DNA of 54,345 nucleotides from Candidatus Parcubacteria bacterium (GCA_039799085.1 JBDLTL010000003.1:1-54345), one strand, 5' to 3'. Shown: positions 1 through 8,656, counted from the stretch's first letter. Program-made: numbers and translations. The notes: a model not told the origin generated them from the letters alone.

Positions 1-57
1 CGCCGCTTTTCTTTCCCTTCTCCACAGTAGTTTTTTAAAACCGCATGCTACAATATC

Positions 58-156
58 TCACGTAGCGGAGGTAATAAACGCTATGCGGAAATACGAATAG
101 TATGACCGCTATCTCACATCACACACACCGTAGAAGCCCCTAGCCTGGGGCTTTTG
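58..156 (+). ncRNA. candidate small RNA / sORF transcript
   Basis: TGCTACAAT extended -10 at 46-54; hairpins CGTAGCG/CGCTATG and GCGG..ATAC/GTAT..CCGC; terminator-like AAGCCCC/GGGGCTT-TT at 134-155; SD GGAGGT before MRKYE* (83-100). Confidence 0.35.
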
Positions 157-194
157 CATACCTAGCAATTCTTTTGATTTATGCTAGAATCGAT

Positions 195-275
195 GCACTT
201 CAGTGATGGAGTGGATGGTGGGTGTATCTGACGATACAACCGCTCATTCGTCCGAACTGTTCAGACAAGTAGGCA
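195..275 (+). ncRNA. candidate rod-shaped small RNA
   Basis: TGCTAGAAT at 182-190 followed by a long imperfect hairpin (CAGT/ACTG, GGA/TCC, TGGATG/CATTCG, GTGG/CCGC, GTATC/GATAC). Confidence 0.3.
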
Positions 276-289
276 GGCAGAGCTTGCTA

Positions 290-349
290 GAGAAGTATAG
301 TGAGGTAAAAATATGAGCAAGCTCCAATTTTTACCTCACTATACTTCTC
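290..349. repeat. perfect 23-bp inverted repeat (REP-like hairpin)
   Basis: GAGAAGTATAGTGAGGTAAAAAT ... ATTTTTACCTCACTATACTTCTC. Confidence 0.85.
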
Positions 350-391
350 ACACTTCGTGCTACTTATTCGAACGCTTCGTGTACTCAAATC

Positions 392-462
392 GCGGGTGTA
401 GTTTAGTGGTAAAACAACTGCCTTCCAAGCAGTGGTCGGGAGTTCGATTCTTCTCACCCGCA
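392..462 (+). tRNA. tRNA-Gly(TCC)
   Basis: acceptor GCGGGTG/CACCCGC, anticodon arm ACTGC-CT-TCC-AA-GCAGT, T-loop TTCGATT. Confidence 0.95.
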
Positions 463-470
463 CAATAAGT

Positions 471-503
471 AAAAGCAGCGCGGCCTTCGGCCGCGCTGCT
501 TTT
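471..503. terminator. bidirectional intrinsic terminator
   Basis: AAAAGCAGCGCGGCC-TTC-GGCCGCGCTGCTTTT between convergent tRNA-Gly and mscS. Confidence 0.85.
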
Positions 504-507
504 ACTT

Positions 508-1413
508 TCACCTACTTGCTTTCTTCACCACTCGCTTCTTTGACTTCATATCCTTCACAATGTGAATACTTTGATGCGGATACGGGATAGTGATGCCCGC
601 AGCATCAAGAGCATCTTTGCAGATCTCAGTAAGCATAAAAAAGTACTTCTGCTCAAAGCCGGGCTTATCAACCCAAATCCGCACCAAAAGCTCCACACCA
701 TGCTCACCAAGCTTATTTACCACCACAGCCGGCTCTGGCTTCTTAAGCACGCCCTTAATTCCCTTCACGGCAGATAGAAGTGCCTCGCGTGCTGATTCAA
801 CGGATTCGTTATACGGGATGTGCACGTGCGTTGTAATACGAAGTGTTCCTTCTTCAGAGAAGTTAGTGACCGGGGAACTTGTCACCAGGGAATTGGGGAC
901 ACTGATGTATGTATTATCAAGGGTGCGGATTTTTGTGGTGCGAAGAGAAATACTGATTACCTCACCATAATGCTCTGCCACCTTGACCCAATCTCCGGCC
1001 ACATAGAGTCTATCAACGAAAATTCCAAAACCAGAAAAGATGTTAGCGATCGTCTGTTGCGCAGCAAACCCAACGGCGATACCAAGCACCCCAATACCCG
1101 CAACAGCAGCGGTGACGTTAATACCTAGTTTACTCAGCACCAAAATGAGCCCAACAATAATAACTGTCCAGCGATAGAGTGAGCGTACTGTGATCTGCAC
1201 CAATGACTCCTGCATCGCAGTCTTGCGAAGAGCTGCTTCAAACACCCGAGCAGTAATGAGATAAAACACAACAACAAAGAAGATAACAACGAATGCTGAA
1301 ATGATGTTGGGAGCGAATGACCACAGCAACTCGAGCGCCTGCTGTCTATCAAGACCAAGGTGAGAAAGGAACCAATCCATAGGTACCCTAAGTATACCGA
1401 TAAAACTCCACAT
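508..1413 (-). CDS. mscS: small-conductance mechanosensitive channel
   Basis: TM helices, GIAVGFAAQQTIANIFSG, GDWV..G.V..ISLRTT.IRT.DN....PNS motifs. Confidence 0.93.
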   Translation of the reverse strand: MWSFIGILRVPMDWFLSHLGLDRQQALELLWSFAPNIISAFVVIFFVVVFYLITARVFEAALRKTAMQESLVQITVRSLYRWTVIIVGLILVLSKLGINVTAAVAGIGVLGIAVGFAAQQTIANIFSGFGIFVDRLYVAGDWVKVAEHYGEVISISLRTTKIRTLDNTYISVPNSLVTSSPVTNFSEEGTLRITTHVHIPYNESVESAREALLSAVKGIKGVLKKPEPAVVVNKLGEHGVELLVRIWVDKPGFEQKYFFMLTEICKDALDAAGITIPYPHQSIHIVKDMKSKKRVVKKASR

Positions 1414-1466
1414 AGAAATGTTTGCTTTGTTAAAATCTCAAACATCGGAAATGTTATACTGAGCAC

Positions 1467-2549
1467 ATGAACATCTTTATTGATATTGTTGTATTCATTT
1501 TGACGAGCTACTTGAGTCTCACAAACACGCTTGCTGACCGCATCTCAAACTTTCTTCCTAGTACAAGTGAAGAAGAGTCTATTGAAGAACCGGCAGAAGA
1601 AATGGTCGAACTACCAAGTATTTTTGATTCATCAATTCCTGACGTTCTTCGTCGAAGTCTCGAGTACCAGAGCGCCGCTCTTGGTAGTGCAACCGAACTT
1701 ACCGGAAGTACCACCAAAGATCCTCTTGAAGCGCTCGTGAATATTTTCTGTACAGTAAAGACTGAGACCTCGATTCGTACCACCACAGGTACCGGTTTCT
1801 TCATCGATCCTGATGGCGTCATCATGACCAATGCACACATCGCTCAGTTCTTGTTACTTGAAAATACTGACAGCTTTGGAGATGCTGAGTGTATTATTCG
1901 AACCGGCAGTCCGGCTAGTCCTGAGTACACCGCTGATCTTCTCTACATTCCTCCAGCGTGGATACAAGAAAACGCATCACTTATAAATGACGCGAAGCCA
2001 ATGGGAACAGGAGAGCGAGACTATGCACTTCTCTATGTCAGTGGCGGCTTTAATGACGAACCCCTTCCTGCTGTATTCCCTGCTCTTAGTTTTGACAGCG
2101 ACCTTCTTCCTGTGAGTACCAAGGACAATTCCGTGACTGCGGCTGGCTACCCCGCGCGCGATTTACTTGAGCACGGCGCCAATTCCGATCTTCTAGCTCG
2201 CTCAGCGCTAACTAGTATTTCAGAACTCTACACGTTTGGCTCAAACTATGCGGACGTATTTTCTGTTAGGGGGAGCATTGTGGGAGCTGAAGGAGCTTCA
2301 GGCGGACCAATCGTAAATGAAGACGGTGAAGTGATTGGCATGATTGCTACACGAGGAAACGATGAGGCTGACGGCGAGGGCAGTCTCCGAGCTATTACCC
2401 TCTCTCATGTCGAACGAACAATTGAAGAAGAGACAGGCTTCTCACTTCAAGAAAACATCAACGGCGACCTTCCTTATCGAGCGGAAATATTTGCAAAAAC
2501 ACTTACCCCATTCCTCGTTCAACTATTAGAAGAAGGCCGGACAGAATAA
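1467..2549 (+). CDS. trypsin-like (S1) serine protease with N-terminal anchor
   Basis: GTGFFI..DG.IMTNAH, DYALL and GASGGP catalytic triad motifs. Confidence 0.88.
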   Translation: MNIFIDIVVFILTSYLSLTNTLADRISNFLPSTSEEESIEEPAEEMVELPSIFDSSIPDVLRRSLEYQSAALGSATELTGSTTKDPLEALVNIFCTVKTETSIRTTTGTGFFIDPDGVIMTNAHIAQFLLLENTDSFGDAECIIRTGSPASPEYTADLLYIPPAWIQENASLINDAKPMGTGERDYALLYVSGGFNDEPLPAVFPALSFDSDLLPVSTKDNSVTAAGYPARDLLEHGANSDLLARSALTSISELYTFGSNYADVFSVRGSIVGAEGASGGPIVNEDGEVIGMIATRGNDEADGEGSLRAITLSHVERTIEEETGFSLQENINGDLPYRAEIFAKTLTPFLVQLLEEGRTE

Positions 2550-2606
2550 TAAAAAGCAATAGGCGCGCCCGAGGGCGCGCCGTTTTGTTGTTGGATATTC
2601 GTGGCT

Positions 2607-2771
2607 TTAACACCACGGAGCGAAAAACTGACGTCGAGCAGAAGCGAGGGCTGCTTCATGAGAGAATCTTTCCCGCTCAGCGAGATAGATTTTCATGAAG
2701 GCAGGGCCCTTGTAGACGGCTTCAACGTCTTTTTGCTCCGATTCCTGGAGCATGAGCTGCTGGTCAGGCAT
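2607..2771 (-). CDS. small hypothetical protein (54 aa, MPDQQ...)
   Basis: ATG overlaps the end of the upstream small ORF; terminator-like hairpin at 2562-2581 downstream. Confidence 0.4.
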   Translation of the reverse strand: MPDQQLMLQESEQKDVEAVYKGPAFMKIYLAERERFSHEAALASARRQFFAPWC

Positions 2772-2964
2772 GCTCAGATGCCTTGCCAGGCTCATAGTCG
2801 GGATTTTCAATGTAGAGTTCGCGTCCCTTGTCGTCTTGTGTACCTGTTGGCACAAAACGCTGACTGACAGCATCACGGAACTCAGGAGTTCCGGGTGTAA
2901 GCCCTTCCTTCCGAAGCTGCCGAGTAATTCCCAGGCACGTAAGCGTTGGCTCTCCGCAAATCAT
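2764..2964 (-). CDS. small hypothetical protein (66 aa, MICGEP...)
   Basis: SD GGAGGG 7 nt upstream of ATG at 2964. Confidence 0.5.
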   Translation of the reverse strand: MICGEPTLTCLGITRQLRKEGLTPGTPEFRDAVSQRFVPTGTQDDKGRELYIENPDYEPGKASEHA

Positions 2965-3034
2965 ATGGATACCCTCCAGAATTGAGAACATACGACATCA
3001 TCTCACATGAGTATGTCGTCCAGATTCAGGTGAA

Positions 3035-3119
3035 GCTGGGGGAATGTTTGAAAGCTTTCAAACATTCCCCCAGCCACGAACCAAATGACCGGCCCTAACG
3101 GGCCGGTCATTTGGTTCGT
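3035..3119. repeat. tandem palindromes: perfect 40-bp palindrome plus 20-bp-stem hairpin
   Basis: GCTGGGGGAATGTTTGAAAG|CTTTCAAACATTCCCCCAGC (3035-3074); ACGAACCAAATGACCGGCCC-TAAC-GGGCCGGTCATTTGGTTCGT (3076-3119). Confidence 0.9.
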
Positions 3120-3267
3120 AAATGTTATTTACTTACCCAACCAGCCCACGAGACGTGAGAATGAAAGCCAGCCAAAGCACAAAATTGTACTGTGCGTGGA
3201 CATTCAAAGATTGGATTGTTCCCTGCATACGTTCCATCATACAAAACAGCAGGTCTCTGTCAATAGA

Positions 3268-4629
3268 CTACTGTTGTGGAGCCTCTGTCTCAGGAGTGCT
3301 CCCCTCAGTCACTTCTGGAGTTGTTGTAGCTTCCGGAGTCGGTACAGTCTCCTCACTAGGGACAGCGCGAGCTGAAACACCTTCTGTTTCAAACAGAGCG
3401 ATAGCGTCTCCAAGTACAGTTGCGCTTTCCTTGGCAAGATTCACTGCATTAGCTGGCTCTGTCGAAGAAGCGATGATTGCCTCATTACTCTCTGCGATTT
3501 CAATAGCATACGCAGCCTTCTCTGCAGCATTAGCTGAGACTTGTGGAGTAAGTGTCTTGATGATTTCAATTTTTCGGTTGATGTCTTCACGAAGCTGCCC
3601 AAGTTGACCCTTGAACTCGTCATCAGTGTATACAATCGGAACAATGGCTTCGATGTCAGTTGTGCCACTCACCTCAGCGTCGCTCATGAACACAATAATC
3701 TTTTGTGTTCGTTGAAGGGCATCAAGAAGCTGTCCTTGCGCCACTTCTTCATTTTGACCGCGAAGACCATTTGCTTTTTCAATAGTACGTCCTACGTCAT
3801 CAAGTCGGCGCTGAGCATCCTTGTATAGCTTATCCTCAGTATTAAGCTTTAGTGACTGAAGCAACTCATATGCACGAGTAGTATTAATCTCTACACGAGC
3901 CATAATCTTATCGTATGATGGAAGGGTGTCCGCGTGCTGATCTTGTTTGGTTAGACTCTCATTAATCGCATCAACAACCATCTGGGCTGGATTCTCAGAA
4001 GAAGCGTCAGTCATCGCAAGTGCCATCACTGTATTCCCTTCCTCCACAAAAGCATCAGACTGTACCTGAAGAGTTGTACTAAGCTCGATTGAAGCAAGTG
4101 TAGCCTGATCTGCATCTTCAGCTCGCAGAACTTCAATCTCTTCTTGTACCGCCTCAGTGTGCTCTTTTACCGCAGTAGCGATTTCCGCTTCTACTTCATC
4201 TGTAAGCTTTCCTTCACTAGCCAAAAGCCGTGCTTCAGCAATACGACGATTGAGTCGCTCTGTTTCCCACTCCACTTTTTCGTATGGACTAAGCTTAAGG
4301 GTACTGATTACTTCTTCATTAAATTGAACCTTAATAGCGTAAAGACTATCACCCGGCACCGAACGCTCAGCGAGCATAGGCACAATTACAAGAACGACAG
4401 CCGCAGTTACCGCTGACCACTTCATGATCAATGATAACGGCATCTGTACAAATGGATACTGCTGGCTCGGCGTGAGCGAGACACGCTTCTTCGATGAAGA
4501 CACCCTACTTTCAGGGAGCGGGTGGTACTCCATGTATGAATAAACACGCTGACGAAGCTCTTCACGCTCAATAGCCTGTAGTGATACAGACTGGGCTTTT
4601 TTATGAAACTGTTCGCTAAAGCGCTTCAT
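3268..4629 (-). CDS. membrane-anchored putative anti-sigma factor (DUF5667-like)
   Basis: directly after the ECF sigma; one TM helix followed by AERSVPGDSLYAIKV..NE and RRIAEA motifs; helical C-terminus. Confidence 0.7.
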   Translation of the reverse strand: MKRFSEQFHKKAQSVSLQAIEREELRQRVYSYMEYHPLPESRVSSSKKRVSLTPSQQYPFVQMPLSLIMKWSAVTAAVVLVIVPMLAERSVPGDSLYAIKVQFNEEVISTLKLSPYEKVEWETERLNRRIAEARLLASEGKLTDEVEAEIATAVKEHTEAVQEEIEVLRAEDADQATLASIELSTTLQVQSDAFVEEGNTVMALAMTDASSENPAQMVVDAINESLTKQDQHADTLPSYDKIMARVEINTTRAYELLQSLKLNTEDKLYKDAQRRLDDVGRTIEKANGLRGQNEEVAQGQLLDALQRTQKIIVFMSDAEVSGTTDIEAIVPIVYTDDEFKGQLGQLREDINRKIEIIKTLTPQVSANAAEKAAYAIEIAESNEAIIASSTEPANAVNLAKESATVLGDAIALFETEGVSARAVPSEETVPTPEATTTPEVTEGSTPETEAPQQ

Positions 4630-4630
4630 G

Positions 4631-5215
4631 TTATGTTTTTTTCTTCATTCTCTTCTTAAGGGCTGCTTCGTCCTGCGCTTCAAGCATCTTTCGAAGCGTC
4701 TTGAGGCCACGATGAATGCGTACCGAAACGACATTCTCCGTTTCTTCAATGAGCTCACTTATCTCTCGCGGACCAAGCTGGTCAACAAATCGCAAGATAA
4801 TAACTTCACGATACTGGTCGGGCAGTTGCTCAAGGAGCTCAAACGCCTTCTTTCCGTCGATCGTTGCAGCCAGGGCCTCGGCGGTACTTTCAGACAACTC
4901 TTCAAACGAACCCTCATCTACTCCTTCTAACTCTAAAAGAGCGTCGAGGGAAGATTCTTTTTTCTTCCGGTATTCATCAATAATCAAATTGTTGAGCACC
5001 TTGTACAAAAACGGCCGGAAATTGTCTATTTCATAGCCACCACGAAGGTATGACCACACTTTTGTGAAGGTGTCATGGACCAAATCAACTGCTTTTTCAC
5101 GACTACTCACGCGCAAGAACGCGTGGCGGAACAAAGCGTCGTTATAATCCTCAAACGCTTTCAAAAAGCGCGTCTCCTGGTCTTCTGGTGAATGTGAGGT
5201 CTTTCCAAACGCCAT
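4631..5215 (-). CDS. ECF RNA polymerase sigma factor
   Basis: region 2 (A.DLVHDTF.K.W, FLYK...N..ID.YRK) and region 4 (LP..YREVIILRF...EI......V..RIHRG). Confidence 0.93.
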   Translation of the reverse strand: MAFGKTSHSPEDQETRFLKAFEDYNDALFRHAFLRVSSREKAVDLVHDTFTKVWSYLRGGYEIDNFRPFLYKVLNNLIIDEYRKKKESSLDALLELEGVDEGSFEELSESTAEALAATIDGKKAFELLEQLPDQYREVIILRFVDQLGPREISELIEETENVVSVRIHRGLKTLRKMLEAQDEAALKKRMKKKT

Positions 5216-5275
5216 GTGAAAACCATTATATACGTAGACGGGTAAAAAGCCGAAGTCTTTCAGGTTATCCCCAGA

Positions 5276-5893
5276 CTAGACACAGGACTCGATTTTTTGG
5301 ATAAGCTCAGGGAAATCTGGCTGGAGGAAGTGATTTCTGTCCTCAAAAACCACATATTCTGCCAGCGGAAGCACATCTTGATACTTTTCCATATGACGAA
5401 ATGGTACTACTGGGTCATCTTTTGAGTGCATAAAGATGATTTTTGAGACTTTTTCAGCCAATTCCGGCACATCATCTGTATCAAATTCAAAGTCTCCACC
5501 ATCTTCACCACCGAAGTTGTCTGGCTCAAATGGCCCCGCTAAAAGAATGAGTGCTTTTACCGAAAATGGCAACGGGTCTTCCTCAAGAAAGTACTTCACA
5601 AAAAAGTACGCTCCCTGTGACCAACCCACCAAAATGACATCTTGGTCCAGGTACTCAAAATGACGCTCAAACCAAAGCTTCCATTCTTCGTATTTTGCAT
5701 TCTGGCTATTCGGCATTCTGGGTGTAAATACCTCAAATCCCTCTCCAAGGTCTTCCCGGAGAGTCTCTGACCAGCGTTTCACCTTCGGCAGCATCGGCAA
5801 ATCACGTGGGATGTCACTCCGCAATGAATCCAAAAACACATCGTAATCTGAATACGCACTCCCTCCGTGAATATAAAATACTTGCTGTTTCAT
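5276..5893 (-). CDS. RBBP9/YdeN-type alpha/beta hydrolase
   Basis: IHGG, GWSQG nucleophile elbow, HSKDDPVVP, NHF; start moved to MKQQ. Confidence 0.85.
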   Translation of the reverse strand: MKQQVFYIHGGSAYSDYDVFLDSLRSDIPRDLPMLPKVKRWSETLREDLGEGFEVFTPRMPNSQNAKYEEWKLWFERHFEYLDQDVILVGWSQGAYFFVKYFLEEDPLPFSVKALILLAGPFEPDNFGGEDGGDFEFDTDDVPELAEKVSKIIFMHSKDDPVVPFRHMEKYQDVLPLAEYVVFEDRNHFLQPDFPELIQKIESCV

Positions 5894-5897
5894 AAAA

Positions 5898-6821
5898 TTA
5901 GAGCCATTGATTCTTTTTAAAATACCACACGACAAAGGCAACGCTGGTCACAATGATACCAACCACTGCCCAAAATGCGTGCGGTGTATGCTGAAGCGGC
6001 AACGGAACATTCATTCCAAAGAGTGACGCCACAATCGTAGGAATCGTGAGGAGAATTGTAAGTACTGTTAGGGTCTTAATGGTTGTGTTCAAGTTATTCG
6101 CCAAGATTGCTTCAGTTGCATTGCGAACATTTTGAATCGTATTGAGAAGTGAACGGGCTGATTCGATGAGCTGCGTGTTATCGATAATAAGATCCTCCAT
6201 AAATTCAACATCTTCAGGATACATTTGGAGATGATTCCCCTTTACAATCTTATTTAGAGCCGTATTTGTAGGAACAATAGCAGCAATCATGTCATTGAGC
6301 TTGTGTTCATAGTTCACAAATTTTTCAATTTCACGATTACCAATGCGACGCAACTTTGCTCTTTCCTTATGAACATTTCGACGCAAGATGACCAGCTGTT
6401 TCTCAAAAGAACTAGTAACCTCTTGCATCATTTGAATAAAGAGCTTGGTCTTTTGTGTGGTGTGCATCACTTCCGTCCCAGTAAAAAAGGCCTTAAATTG
6501 TGGAATATCGCGCTGAACGATAGTAAGGACAAACGACTCCCCCATCACAACCACGAGCGGCGCAGTATCAGTATCCTCTTTCTTCTCATTAAATGGGTAC
6601 CTGGTGAAAAAGAATGTCGCGCCGCTCGCTCGCTCAAAACGAGGCACTTCAAAGAAGTCCTGCGCGTCTTCAATCAAATCCTCATCAAGGGCTAATTTCT
6701 TAAAGAGATCAGTAAGCTCTTCTGTACTTGGTGACACTGCATGCACCCACACCCCTGTCCGGAGATCTGTTATCTCCTTTAGTGAATCATCTTTGATTGT
6801 CCGAAAGTAGTAGGTAATCAT
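5898..6821 (-). CDS. corA: CorA-family Mg2+ transporter
   Basis: two C-terminal TM helices with FGMNV signature. Confidence 0.93.
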   Translation of the reverse strand: MITYYFRTIKDDSLKEITDLRTGVWVHAVSPSTEELTDLFKKLALDEDLIEDAQDFFEVPRFERASGATFFFTRYPFNEKKEDTDTAPLVVVMGESFVLTIVQRDIPQFKAFFTGTEVMHTTQKTKLFIQMMQEVTSSFEKQLVILRRNVHKERAKLRRIGNREIEKFVNYEHKLNDMIAAIVPTNTALNKIVKGNHLQMYPEDVEFMEDLIIDNTQLIESARSLLNTIQNVRNATEAILANNLNTTIKTLTVLTILLTIPTIVASLFGMNVPLPLQHTPHAFWAVVGIIVTSVAFVVWYFKKNQWL

Positions 6822-7099
6822 AATGTCTCAGTTACTATAAAAAATAAACACTCCCACGCGACCGACACAGCAAGTTCAGTCTGGTCATTCTAGCACGGGG
6901 TCGCTGCAAGCAAGTAGTTTGGACACAAGTCCTCGCTTTTTTTTATGCTTAGTGGTATGATTTTCCGGCGAAATTCGAACTATCACGAGTTTGCAAAGAG
7001 TACAGCGAGCTGTTTAAGGACCTCGGGATGTAAGCAAAGCTTCCAACCCTGGCTCGAAGCTTAAATGTAAAACTAAACTTTTGCATTTATCTTATCACT

Positions 7100-7170
7100 C
7101 GGGATGTAGCATAATGGTAGTGTACGCGGTTTGGGACCGTGTGGCCCGGGTTCGATTCCCGGCTTCCCGA
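7100..7170 (+). tRNA. tRNA-Pro(TGG)
   Basis: CGGGATG start, anticodon arm CGCGG-TT-TGG-GA-CCGTG, CCGGGTTCGATTCCCGG T-arm; terminator at about 7178-7206. Confidence 0.93.
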
Positions 7171-7235
7171 CAAAATAAAGACAGCTGACGAAAGTCGGCT
7201 GTTTTTATATCTAAATGTTGAAATGTATATAAATA

Positions 7236-7777
7236 TGTTTCACGTGGCACATAAAACCCTGTTTCATATGGAACTTAGAGATATTTTGTTTTTTCTTAAG
7301 CTTATTTCACATGAGACAATACTTAAGGTGTCACACGATTATGTCTGGTAAGTATTTGATAGTTGCATATCTTTCACGTGGAACAATTCTTACCGAAATA
7401 ACATCAATTTGCCACTCTCCCTCATAATTATGTTCCATCAGCCAGCTTTCGATTGTTCGATACATACGCTGGATCTTTTTCTCATGTACATTTTCCTCAG
7501 GACGCCAGGTTCCATATGAAACAGCGTTTAAAAGTTGCTGCTTTGTTTCATATGAAACTGTTTTGACTTCCACAAAGTGAATTATAGTCTTATTTTTAGA
7601 TGTTTCACGTGACACAATATCAATTTCGCCCCATTTTTTAAGGTAATTTGTCTCAATTGTCACGAAGCCTTTCCTTTTGAGATAGTTACTGGCAATCTCT
7701 TCACCATATGCCCCAACTCTATTCTTGTCTCCTTTCTTTTCAATCTGTTTCATATGGAACTTGTTTCACGTGGCACA
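7236..7777. promoter_or_regulatory. parS: cluster of nine parS-like 16-bp palindromes
   Basis: matches to TGTTNCACGTGAAACA at 7236, 7260, 7303, 7370, 7508, 7544, 7601, 7746, 7762. Confidence 0.85.
7331..7753 (-). CDS. yraN: YraN (UPF0102) family PD-(D/E)XK nuclease
   Basis: G..GEEIA..YL...G......NY....GEIDIV and FVEVK motifs. Confidence 0.92.
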   Translation of the reverse strand: MKQIEKKGDKNRVGAYGEEIASNYLKRKGFVTIETNYLKKWGEIDIVSRETSKNKTIIHFVEVKTVSYETKQQLLNAVSYGTWRPEENVHEKKIQRMYRTIESWLMEHNYEGEWQIDVISVRIVPRERYATIKYLPDIIV

Positions 7778-7830
7778 TATATTGAAATTAGAATCTGAAT
7801 TGAATATTCTGAATAATCGTAGCATTTCAG

Positions 7831-7896
7831 ACTGTCTTTTATAAAGGACAGTACACATAATTGTCCTTTATCCACCTATCCACTCAGTTATCCACA
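7831..7896. promoter_or_regulatory. TAAAGGACA operator-like repeats plus DnaA box upstream of yraN
   Basis: TGTCTTTTA 7833, TAAAGGACA 7842, TGTCCTTTA 7862; TTATCCACA 7888-7896; minus-strand TGCTACGAT -10 at about 7817-7825. Confidence 0.55.
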
Positions 7897-7942
7897 TATT
7901 GCAAAGGCCCGGGCATTTCTGCTCGGGCCAGTGCATCAGCTC

Positions 7943-8287
7943 TCAATCTTTGAGAGCAATGCTGAAAGAGGGGAGTACGAGATCTTGAAGCCAGCACTTT
8001 TCGGTTGCCAGCAGCGTGCCTTTCTTGAGACAGAGTGCATCCACATATTCATTCCCATTTTCGTGGGTATGAATGCTGCCACAGAAGAGAATTGCTGGGT
8101 GAAACCCCGTAGTGTCTTCAGAAAGAATCTGAACCACCGTTCCAGGTGAAGAGATGATTAATTCAAGCTCTTTCTGACCTGCGAGAGAAGCTCCCTCCAT
8201 TGTTGCCAAAACCTCTCGCAGGGTGGGATAATTGGCATCTTTTCGTTTTCGTACCTCCTCGAAAGGAACAAGTTTCTCAACATTCAT
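7943..8287 (-). CDS. hypothetical protein
   Basis: 114-aa ORF filling the gap, hairpin downstream at 7905-7929. Confidence 0.55.
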   Translation of the reverse strand: MNVEKLVPFEEVRKRKDANYPTLREVLATMEGASLAGQKELELIISSPGTVVQILSEDTTGFHPAILFCGSIHTHENGNEYVDALCLKKGTLLATEKCWLQDLVLPSFSIALKD

Positions 8288-8407
8288 AACAAATAACCTT
8301 CGATGCTTTAGGGATGTCGATTATATTTCTAACCTCTTATACGAATAAGAACCCTAATTCTTACAAATTCAACAGAAAAAGCGCCAAAATAGGCGCTCTT
8401 CTGACTC

Positions 8408-8581
8408 TTGGTGCGGCCAGAGGGAATCGGTCACAAGTCGCTCCTTTCAGTCGCGCTCGCGACCCCGACTCGGCGACAAGCCCTCACTTCGTTCGTCTTG
8501 TGTACCGCCTCCGTCTTTCGATTCTCCTTAGCCACTACCAACAGCAAAGGCCCAGAAGTATTCACTTTCTGGGCCTGCTGA
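8408..8581 (-). repeat. tRNA-Gly 3' tail element with 22-bp duplication of the tRNA 3' end
   Basis: TTGGTGCGGCCAGAGGGAATCG at both 8408-8429 and 8582-8603; inverted degenerate copy at 8517-8535. Confidence 0.85.
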
Positions 8582-8582
8582 T

Positions 8583-8656
8583 TGGTGCGGCCAGAGGGAA
8601 TCGAACCCTCCACTAATCCTTGGCAAGGACTCATTATACCACTTAACCATGGCCGC
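8583..8656 (-). tRNA. tRNA-Gly(GCC)
   Basis: GCGGCCA/TGGCCGC acceptor, AGTCC-TT-GCC-AA-GGATT anticodon arm, encoded CCA. Confidence 0.95.

Noticed and set aside
6822-6895. Mg2+ (M-box) riboswitch upstream of corA
   Set aside because: The leader is only about 65 nt with one hairpin, too short for an M-box and without its conserved features.
7236-7777. CRISPR array as an explanation for the 16-bp repeats
   Set aside because: The repeats are short, degenerate, irregularly spaced and inside a CDS. No cas genes are present, and they match parS.
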